A program made the translations under genes and the position numbers. Shown one piece after another: positions 44,401-54,515 of a DNA stretch of 64,000 bases (positions are counted from its first letter, which is position 1; each line of letters opens with the position of its first letter). The notes under the pieces are model-generated. The model worked only from the letters and a program-made list of their open reading frames with translations, was not told the DNA's origin and did no database searches. Origin of the DNA: Chlorokybus atmophyticus (lineage: Eukaryota > Plantae > Mesostigma and Chlorokybus algae); contig RHPI01003389.1 of NCBI GenBank assembly GCA_009103225.1, positions 787,162 to 851,161 of the forward strand. The letters run 5' to 3'.

Positions 44401-47148
44401 GCAGCACTGCAGGTAGGGTGCTCTGCCCTTCTCATGCTCTTTCTCTCGCACATGCCCGCACGTATACACGTACACACACATGCACACACATGCACAGGCG
44501 CTTTGGTACATGTGTGAGTGTGGTTGTAGGCGAGCGCACACATGCACACACTCTTGCACACCTCAGCATGTACGAGGATGTGAGCGCACACACGCGCAAG
44601 CACGAGCACACAATTTTTACACGCTACTGCACACAGGCACTGGAATCGCAGCACAGCGACGTAACAGCACAACTTACAGACGCGCATGAGCAGCTGGTCA
44701 GCAGGATCGCGCAGATAAATGAGGCATGGGAGGCCGTCGTTCGGTTGCAAACAAAGGAAGAGGACTGGCGTGCAGAGAAACAGGCGTTGGAGCGCACTCT
44801 GCGGGAGGAGAGGGCGCGATGTGCTGAAATTGAAAATGATGCAGCAAGTCTTTGCAAACAGTTGGCTGAGGCTGAGATATCGCAAACCAGATTGAAGGCT
44901 AAGCTTGTGGAGACTGCGGCTGGGCACAAGGTAGGTCTTCACATCTGTTGGAGTTGAGACAACTGCAACGTTGTTGGATGTTTCCCAACACTGCAATGCT
45001 GGAATGCAGGCTGCATGTGAAGCAGCGGATTTAACAACAGCCAAGTGTGAACAGCAGGCACGCACGATCTGCAACCTTCAGAGAGAGGTGGGGTTGTAGA
45101 TGGGATGCGGATGGCAACTCCTTCATGCTGCAAGTGTAAACAGCTCTTGTCCGTCCACTACAGGTGGAGGATGCTAACAGACAATCCAACCAGCTAAACA
45201 GTGACCTCACACAGGCGCAAGTTGCAAGAGAGGTACGACGCACTGCTCGATGAAGCATTGCTGGAGTTTTGCCCAGCAAGCTTGAGAGTGCTCAACTGTC
45301 TGGCTGCGCAGGTTGCATTGAGTGCAGAAGAGGCTGCCCTCGCCTCGCTTGCAGAGAAGGGGGCAGAGCACGTGAGCATGTGCAGCAAACTGCAGGGTGA
45401 CATCTGCCACAAAGCCGAGCAGCTGGCAGACCTGCAGCGCGAGGTAGGTTGTGCAACGCAACCACGCATCCCAATCCCTTTTCCCTGGGTATACAAACAT
45501 TGCGAACATGCTTGTTTGTTGCAGTTGTGCGAAGTTGGTGCAGCCAAAGAGAGCGTGGAAGCCCAGCTGGCGCTGGCGCGCGCAGACTATGGACGCTTGG
45601 CTGCGCAAGTGGACTTTCTCTCTGGACAGCTTCAGCAGGCAAGCAAGCTGGCAACAACCTGTTGTGGACACATGAAACACTTCCTTCATGTCCTGATGTT
45701 GCGTACATTGCAGGAGAAGCGTGCTGGTGAGGCCGCTTCAGCGAAGATTAGAAGTCTTGCTAAGGAACTCGACGTGGCACACGCAAGGTAGTATGGTAGT
45801 ATGCATGATCAACATGAGGTTGCTTGTGTCGGCAGTTGTTGTGCCATGTGTTGACTGTCTCACTCTTCCCCCACAGTACCAGGTGCGCGGAGGACACGCT
45901 GCTGGAGGCGTCGGCACGCGTGCAAGCGAGTGCACGTGAAGCAGCGATGATGAGGGAGGAGTGCGCACAACTGCGAAGCAGAGTTGAGAAAGACAAGGTG
46001 AGGCTTGCTTTGCGTGTGGTCCCAGTAGGCGTGTTGGCAGGCACGCATTGTTGACATTGCATGGCTGGCTACATACCTCCATCACGCCTACCGTCCTGCA
46101 TCCCAAGTCTTGTCTTGTGTTGCAGGTGCAAGTCATTGAGATGGAGCAGCTGTTGCAGGCTTCCAACACTGCAAAGGTCTGCTGCAAAGTGACTTGCCTC
46201 ACTCTCGGTCACCCGTTTAAGACGAGCATTGATGATGGGATGGGGTCTGACTCCAAGCAATGGCATACACAGGTTGAGTTGCAGAACAGACTCGATGAGG
46301 GCCTGAGGTCGCTCTCGGAGGAGCATGAGCGCTGCGCTCATCTTGCTGCGAGCAATAAGGACCTGGAAAAGAAGCTGATGCGCGCGAGAGGCGAAGCAGA
46401 CAACCTGCGCAGCGAGTTTGGCCAGGTATGGAAGCCATATGTGTGCGTGCGTGCGTGCGTGCACGCATGCGCGCGCGTATGTTTGTGCACACTTGTGTGT
46501 GATGGTGCGTGCATGCGTTTACTTGCTTTCATGCAGCCAGGACTGACAAACAACATTGGGTTCAGGTTCAGGAGCGACCCGTAGCATTGAGTCAACACAG
46601 CGGCAGGGATAATGCGCCCAAGAAGGAGAGGAAGGGTTCAGGCAAGATGACGCCGGTAAGCTTGCACTGTTACGATGCCCTACACATCCATGCGGTTGTT
46701 GCGTGTGGAGCCAAAGCGATGCGCGTACACAAAACTTGCAGTGGGCCTGTTTTGCAGACAAATCCAGTTGAGTACGTCGACCTCACGGCCAGCGACTCGG
46801 ACAGCAAAAAGAATAACGGCCGTGGGAAGGAGAATAAAACCAACCAGCGTAACAAGTTCAAGCAGTATTTTCCTGCCCTGGTCAAAGATGAAGGAGCTGA
46901 AGACAAGTGCCATGTTCGCGATGATTCGTCGGACAGCTCGTCACTGGGAGCAAAGCTGAACAGTTCCACAGGTATGCATTGCTACAACTGAGCTATATGC
47001 AATTTAGTGGCATGTGTAGTGGAATGACATAAGTGAGGCAACTGTGTTGTGTCGTTTTGCAGATGGCAAGTGCATGGGTGAGGCACGGCGACAACCCTTC
47101 TCCAACCTGCAAAATACAGCAACAACCGAGCGAGGGTATGGTGTATGA
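38411..47148 (+). CDS. KIF15: Kinesin-12 (KIF15/PAKRP-like) N-terminal motor with long coiled-coil tail, multi-exon
   Basis: Motor motifs: [11 protein letters not shown]-loop [13 protein letters not shown] (~38771-38810), switch I NAESSRSH (~40030-40055), switch II VDLAGSE (~40135-40155). [21 protein letters not shown] and [21 protein letters not shown] are kinesin-12-like. Coiled-coil exons continue to ~46.9 kb. The 3' end is uncertain (in-frame TGA at 47146-47148, but a further splice is possible). Confidence 0.9.
38961..39306. other. Assembly gap (N run) within a kinesin intron
   Basis: 346 N. The flanking exons join in phase 1 (TME-G-PES), so no exon appears to be missing. Confidence 0.97.
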
Positions 47149-47644
47149 TGCTCTCAGTGCATGCTCTTGACAAGCTCTTGCAGCAACACAGTTCACTGTT
47201 ATGTGTATGCTTGTGGCGCAGCTTCTTGTCCTTTAGTGATCACCTGTGGTGGGAATGCAGGCCAACAAAGGTGTATAACCTTCGTAGCCGTGGACTCCCT
47301 CATGCAGACGAGTTGTAGTGTTTGAGTGGTGATAGCCTTTGTTGCGAGTAGCAAGCACAGACTGTACATTATGGCGTAGATAGGTTGGTTGTGTCAGAAC
47401 AGAGCAAGTTGTATGCACGTATATGAGTGTTGAATACGTTGTCATGTTTCTATGCTCGTGCGTGCTGCAAAGGTATGACAGTTGTGGTTGCGTTGCCTGC
47501 AAGCACGTCCTGTGCATTTCGTGTGCATCTTTTGCAGGCATTCTGGTCTGCTGCATGTCGTTGGTGCTCATGCAACTGGCATGTTCATTTATTTACTACA
47601 TTTACTTACTCACATGTGACCGACTACTGGTAGGCTACTACTGG

Positions 47645-48031
47645 AAGCACACCGTCCCGGTTGCCAAGAACTGCCTTGGTGCGTGAGGCACAATGTATGC
47701 TCTGGTGCGCTGCGCATGTCATTGCTGTGAGCTTGGCGATGGTGTGTTTGCTGCATCAGGTAGGACATAGCATCTCTGAGTTGCTTGTTCATTCACCTCA
47801 CTTAACAGTGTAACACATCATCCACTCATGCAAAGAACTGTGTATACAGCACCACCTATCGTAGTGGCTTGTTGACGCACAGTGTCACCCTCTTTGCTCA
47901 AGTGAGTGTGTCGCTTTCTGCATCAGATAGTGCAGACTGTATCCGGGGATACATCTCTGTGCATTCGTTATCACTGTCATGACATAGTGCGCACACAAGC
48001 ACTATTATGGTGAGTGGTAGCAGCATCAACA
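47645..48031 (+). repeat. Left terminal-repeat remnant (segments A + D) of the DNMT-Gypsy element
   Basis: 47645-47876 is about 92% identical by hand alignment to 62446-62674. It continues to GTGAGTGGTA...TCAACA at 48031; TCAACA is the inverse of the TGTTGA that opens the right repeat. Confidence 0.8.
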
Positions 48032-48087
48032 GACAGTAGAGCACAAACACTCTACCCCGCATACACTTTCACTTATAGACTAGCTGT

Positions 48088-49820
48088 ATGAGCAGGCCCA
48101 CCCCGTTCTCTCCAATAGACGAGGGTGACCTCAGCAGCCGGAGCCCAACCTCCAATCTCACCTACGAGCGGACTAGCGACGGGGGCAACGATCGCAGCAA
48201 CAGAGGCTCGCGTTCTGTCTCCGGCTTCACTCCATTTCGGCCTATTCCTCGCCATCGAGCTTCCCTACTATCATACGACAGCGACGACTATAAGATGGAG
48301 TCCTTCAGCTCAACCACATCCCTACGCTTCTTCGGACGTGCTGGCACCACCTCGCTGAACGAATTTATCATCAAATTCCATTCCAAAATGCGACGGCAAG
48401 CTCTGAAGAAGAAAGACTAGTTGAATCAGAATTCTTTCCACATTGGTACTCAGTACCCTGAAGCACACGATGTCTAGAAGTCTGTTGCTGAACTGCATCG
48501 AGTTAATGGCTATGGCGAGCTCGCCAGCACCATAGCATCTGTCCGTCAATGCAAAGTCCAGCAGCCGTCGCTCCACCTGCCACTCCAGCTGCAGTCATCG
48601 GCTTGTACATAGCTGCTATCGAGAGGGCAGAGGAGGAGGAGGAGCCTGAGTTGGTAATCGTCAACCTGACCCCTGCAGAGATTGAGACCAAAATGTCGCA
48701 CGGCGAGCTCAGATCCTGGACCGTTCTGCTGCTATCTTTGCAAAACAACGAGCTGCAGCCGTTGAGGTGGGCACGCCTCTACCTCTGCCAACACCTGGCT
48801 CTCGTGCGGGAAGCAGTGCTTTCACCCTCGAGTCAATTGCATTGCGTGCACCAGCCATTACTGTAAGTGCTGCCATCTCTGACTCTCCACTCATGGACTT
48901 ATACGCTGCACTTCGTCGCACCTTCCCACCTGAGACCTCCAGCAAAGTGGATGAGCTGAGACGGTCTCGACGCAAGCCCAACGAGGACCCTCTACGCCTG
49001 TACTCCAGACTGGAAGGGCTGTTGAAGGACACTGACTACAAGATCGTCAGATGAGGCTGCTGCAGTGGTGTATGTTAATGAGTTAAATGTGTTGAAGGTA
49101 TCACATGGGTGATGCTTGTATCCGGTCAGCTTGCCCTCCACACAGGAGTCCAGAATCGAAGGTATGGGCTGAGCACGTGAACTCCGGACTTAGCAAGACG
49201 GTCGAGCCAGGACGGAATCTGGACCAGATGCTGAGTGGAGCGTTGGAAGAAACCGCGTAGCTTTGTGGATACGTAAGCTTAGCAAGCGTGGCGTAGCTTG
49301 TTGGAAAGCTCTGGTTGTAAGCTAAACAGCGCAATTAAAAGCGCATAAAAAGGCTGAGTATTGTGCACGCGGTGCTTGCAAATGTAGACGTGTGTAGAAA
49401 CTGGCGGGGTATAAAACCCCTTGACTTGTATGGCATTAATAGCAGTAGCAGTCATGCTCTTGTGTTGATGTTGGCGTGTCACTTGCACGTGTGTATGTCA
49501 ACAAAATGCCACCCTAAGCGAGTCGACGCGCTTGACCCTGAGCTACAGCAGGCCCCTTGGCTACACGCTCAAGGAAGCCTTCGAGTCTGCACAAGCCATT
49601 GACAAGCGCTTGGTGTATGAGAAGGCAGTGCTGGACACCAACCGCAGTGCCACAATCACAATTTATAGCTAGCACAAGTATTGAGCCTCCTCGCCGCGAA
49701 TGTGGCCGGAACGCTCCACCAGCACGCGACAAAGGGCAACGGTCAGCTTATGCTGCTTTGCCTGCCCCTGTGCTGTGTCATCGCTTTGGACGGCATGGGC
49801 ACTACTAACAAGAGTGCACC
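48088..49820 (+). pseudogene. Retrotransposon gag pseudogene with CCHC zinc-knuckle remnant
   Basis: Motifs: SLRFFGRAGTTSLNEFIIKF; LRRSRRKPNEDPLRLYSRLEGLL; VVYVNKMPP; GYTLKEAFESAQAIDKRL; C-HR-F-GRHGHY*QEC knuckle at 49776-49818. Contains frameshifts and stops. Confidence 0.75.
49079..49490. mobile_element. 412-bp insertion into gag flanked by 11-bp direct repeats
   Basis: GTGTATGTTAA (49068-49078) and GTGTATGTCAA (49491-49501) flank the block. Removing it restores ...AAAVVYVNKMPP. Confidence 0.7.
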
Positions 49821-52357
49821 GAAGAGTACTCAACCCTGATCTGCGACTGCTGTCACAAGACGGGTCACTTGGAGTCAGTTTGCTGGCTTAAGTTCCCTGA
49901 GTTGATACCTGCCAACAGCTACAGCAAGAACTACTCTGGTGGCTACAACAGCAACAACGCTGGAGGCCACAACTCTGGTGACTACAACAGCAACAACACT
50001 GGAGGCCACAATGGCAACACCTCTGGTGGCTACCACACCGAAGGCCATAGCAATAACTACTACGCCAACGCTCGCACGGAAGAGCAAGGCTACAGGGGGG
50101 AAAATCGTCCTCCTCAGCGCAAGGGACTTGAAGAACATCCGCGCACTGCTGCTGTTGCCGCCAAGGCTCCAGCCAACCCGCCAATTGATGACCATATTGC
50201 TGCCTTTGTGGCGCGTATGGCACACTAGGAGGAAGACAAGGAGTAGGACTACCGCGCCTGCTACTCTGCCGGATGGGCACTGATGGCTCCGAAGCGCACA
50301 ACAGACACGAGCACTCCGTCACACATTTGACCATCCCGATGAGCACGAGGGGAAGCCGCAACATTGTCATCAGCTACCTCGTTTGAAGCCACTAGTGGTG
50401 CTGCATCAGCAGCAACATCCACACCGGCTACGACGTCGACTCCGTCACCGTCAGCAGCAACTACTCTAGTTGCACTAGGAGTGGGTACATCAGTGGGCAT
50501 CGTAACGCCAACACTGGTGAGCACAATGGCGACAGCCACTGCTGTTACCGACTCTGCACTAGTGGATCGCACCGGTCCCGCTTCAGCTGTAGGAGCATCT
50601 ATGTCAGCGAATGTCAAGACCACTCTTGCGCCCCTGACCGGCACTATCGCAACCACTGCCAGTGCCATCGTCGAGTCCGCTGCCACTGCAGCAACGCGTG
50701 CAGCTATGTGCCCGCCCTCGATGCCACTCAAGCTGTCGCGCGAGATAAGCAAGCTGAGCGCGTGTGGGAGACCAACATGCATGGAGCAGATCCCACTACC
50801 ACTGCTTTTGGGCGAAGAGGAGAGCGCACCACGCGCATTGCACGCAGTGATCGCTATTTCCCCCTACTTAAATATCACACCCTACCAGAGCAGACCTTGC
50901 AGCAACTGGAGGATGAAATCCTCTCTGGCTCGGCGCCTCCCATGCGAGACCGCGTCCTTGTGATCAGAACACCTGTTGTGCTAGAGATGGCCCTGCAGCT
51001 ATTTTAAACTCTGCATGACAACATGCAGACAGCGCCACGCCAGCCCGCACAAGTCCGTCACGAGCCTTTCGAGCCAAGTCCGCTGAATACGTATCAAGAC
51101 CTGCAACCCAACATGCAGCTGACATGCCTTTGGGTACCGACGAAGCACCGTGGAACTTCACTACTCCTCGGCTTCACGAGCGCTACGCCGCTACAGAACA
51201 AGCGTTCACCTGGCGACAGGACCAAACTGCAGCCATCAACGCACGAGCGCAAGCCCTTGCCGCTCGTGCTTCCGTTCTTCAACCAACAAGCGCTGGCCCA
51301 TTGTCCAGCACGATACCTCTCCGTCGACACCGACATTGACCAAGTGAGGGCGCTGGCCCAACAAATTCGAGGGGTGACCGCCCTGTTGCGACCCGCCTTG
51401 GTGGAAGAGATTGCCTAACGATCAACGAGATCCAAGGAGAGGCTACCTTACACCATAAAAGTGTACGCAACGGGATGAAACAAGCCTAGTTGAAGAACAG
51501 CAAGTTCGCACTGCCCTGTTGCGACAAGCAAGCATGCTACATTAACAAGAAGGCATCGGCCTGACACAGATGATGGGGATGCAAGAGGGTGGCACTGCAG
51601 CGCGAGCGAAACTAGTAACTTGGCTAGTCACCAATCACCCCGCAGTTCTTTGTTCGCGTTTGGCACCAGATTGTCATGGCTGGACGCCTTCCTTCGCTCG
51701 CTACGGCAAGCCTATGACGAGGTGGCCTCGGCAGTCACTGACACCTTAGAAAGAGCTCAAGAGGCCACACTGAGGTTGCCAGGAGTGGAAGCAGCGCGAC
51801 AACACAGACGCATCTGCTTTTTTATGAGCAGCATGTCCAACAGAGATCTACCTCATTGTGCGTGCATGAGCAACTGTGCAGGAAGTGGGGGTGATCGATG
51901 GCACATGGGCTGCTTACATGGCCGCGATCTGAAGGGTTCCCACCATTACCCACGACACAAAAGCGCCGCTCCAGCGGGCAGTGTATCTTTAGCCCATGCC
52001 TCGGAACCATTGCTGGGATGATGTGGTCAACAATCCAATAGCTATATGGAAGGTACACTGTTCAGGGAAGCGGCTCATACTGTACGCTGGACTTATGTGG
52101 AAGAACAGCCTGCACGGGAAGCAAGCTTAAAAACAGGTCCCCCAGGGTTTCCCCCACAGCCACTTGCCACGCCGCCAGGTGTGACCCCGGTCACACAGAG
52201 GCGCAATCCCCCTGCGCCACAACCAGGGCAGCCATAGGCAGCACCGCCAGCACCCAGGCCGCAGCGAGTATACCAACAGCCAAAACCAGGACGGTTCGGG
52301 CCACGCCGCGGACAAGGAGATTCTCAAGACCCAGCCGGTCGAGGGGCGCTTGCCGCA

Positions 52358-52900
52358 GTGCGCTCGACACCATCAGAGGAGTCTGCAGCAGCAGTCACCC
52401 CACACAGACGCTACCGACGGTTCAAGCGTCTGCGCATCAACGCCAATGCAGCCATGATCGCCAACAAAGGCAAGCATATCACCATCGACAGTCGAACACC
52501 CAAGTGCGTACTGCTGGACTCTGGAGTCCAGCCTGTCATTGAACGTTACCTCGTACGCGACCTCGGCACCACCAGCGCTGAGCTGATGCCCTGCCTATAC
52601 GTGCTCGACACAGCAATCGGCAGCCGCGACAAGGTGATTGGCATCACCAAGCAGGCCCTCTGCATTCGCTTGACAGGGTTGGACCCTTTCCACAGCACCG
52701 AGATCATACAGGAGTGTGTGGTCACCGACGCGGGATCTTTTCACGTGCTGCTGAGACAGGATATCAACTTTCCTGCTGGCATGGGGCTTAACTGGTGGAC
52801 AGAGAAGGCATGGTTTCATCCCCATTGAGATGAGGAGGATGGAGAGGTTCAGGGATACATGCCTATCGAGCTGGTGGCTTGTACTCGCTCTCACCAAAGG
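52358..52900 (+). pseudogene. Retroviral-type aspartic protease domain
   Basis: CVLLDSGVQPVI (D-S-G) and downstream SFHVLLRQD (DxLLG-like). Same reading frame as the DNMT. Confidence 0.7.
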
Positions 52901-53188
52901 TCAGCTGCAACAGCCACCTACAGGTTGGCTTTGGCAACCATTGACAGGTCAGCGGCGGTAGTTACCCACAACCTAGACCACGACGCTCCTATCCCATGCA
53001 ATGAGTCCCAGGAGGATGCCACCAAAGAAGTGGCCCAACAGCAACCATCTGAACGCCGTTGGCACGTACAAGTGGTCGCACATCTACTACTGACTAGACC
53101 ACAACTCACTGCACGATTCCCTCGCTACAAGGACCAAGCTGCGGTCCAGGAGCAATATCAAGTGGCCATTGAAGTAGTGTAGTTCTAC

Positions 53189-53851
53189 GTGTCTCGCCGA
53201 CAACAAGGCATCACTGTGTTGGAACTGTTTAAAGGTATAGGTAGTGGCCTCGCCGCTGTCCTCAACATCGGCGCGACGGTCACCAAGTACCTATACTGCA
53301 ACCATGATCCACACGCACGGATTGCCCTCAACCACCACTTGCGTCGCCTACACGAGCGCTACCCGCAGCAGCTGCCACTATCAGCACTGCACGGCAGTCT
53401 GAAGGCACTGCCACAGGACATCCGTTGGATCACTGAGGATCACCTCCTAGCGGTGGGCAACATCGACCTGCTAATAGCAGGATGGGAATGTTTAAGACAC
53501 TACAGAGCAGGCAGAGGCCAAGGACTCTTTGATCCTTGATTGCAACTGTTGTAAGAGCTGATGCGCGTCATCAAATTCCTGTAGAGCCACCCGACTTCCA
53601 GGCCTCTGGGGTATATCATCAAATACGTGCACTCCGAGAACGATAAGCGTCATCACGTGACCGACAGCTGTCAACATGTTTGCTTCTTGCTGAGTCATCC
53701 TCTTAAAATCAACATAGTGCATTATGAATCCCGTGCTCAACGTGTCCGCGCCAAATGGACCACCCTAACTACAGTGAAGGATTTCTTCGCTACTGTCACG
53801 TCCACGGGGCAGGCAAAGTCATTCTCTGTCCCTTACCTATGTGGTAAGTAA
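53189..53851 (+). pseudogene. Retrotransposon-encoded C5 DNA cytosine methyltransferase domain (degenerate, 3'-truncated)
   Basis: Motif I TVLELFKGIGSG (FxGxG, 53228-53242); motif IV IDLLIAGWEC with Cys at 53489-53491; motif V RAGRGQGLFDP*; motif VI remnant GYIIKYV (canonical ENV); motif VIII ESRAQRVRAKWT. All lie in one frame, with in-frame stops at 53537, 53552 and 53582. Confidence 0.88.
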
Positions 53852-54024
53852 GATGAGACCAAGTGGGGACCCACACTACGCAAGCGTGTGTAGTGCTTGT
53901 GGGTGTGCTCTCATGTAGGTCTGCTCTAGAGCATGTGCGGCCTTGAGCATGATGAACTACACAAGGCATGATGGCAAGCACAGGGCTGATCATAACCGAT
54001 GAGACATCATGTGATGTACGGAGA

Positions 54025-54205
54025 CATATGTGTGCATATGTCCGCATGTGTATGCATGTGTTTGCATATGTGTGCACATGTATGCATATGAGTGCATATG
54101 CGTGCATGAGAGGTATGTATTAGATGTATGCATGTATATGCATGCATGCGCATATGTATGCATATGCGCGCATATGTATGCATAAGGATGCATATGTATG
54201 CATGA
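54025..54205. repeat. (CATATG/TGCA/TG)-type alternating purine-pyrimidine microsatellite
   Basis: Continuous catatgtgtgcatatg...tatgcatg tract. Confidence 0.85.
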
Positions 54206-54216
54206 GTATGATGTTT

Positions 54217-54375
54217 TAGGCTGATGTGACCAGCCAAGGACGTTCACAACGTCCAAGGATGATGTGTGTGATGTCCTAGGCTGAGGTGACCAGCCTAGGG
54301 ACGTTTACAATGTCCGAGGCTGATGTGTGATCAGTCTTGGGCGTTGAAAGAGGTCCAAGGGCTGATGTGGCAGCC
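54217..54375 (+). repeat. 60-bp tandem repeat (~2.5 copies)
   Basis: taggctga(t/g)gtgaccagcc..ggacgtt.acaa.gtcc.agg.tgatgtgtg units start at 54217 and 54277, with a degenerate third copy. Confidence 0.85.
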
Positions 54376-54515
54376 CTAGACATGAGTTGTGGTCAACGCA
54401 GCCATGACAAGGCATGTAGCCTTGGATTTGGATGTTCTAGGTCGGAGCAGCAAAGAGAGGGTATATGAACGGCCTCAACATGTGTTGAGGCAGCTCAGCC
54501 TGTGCATACTCGACT

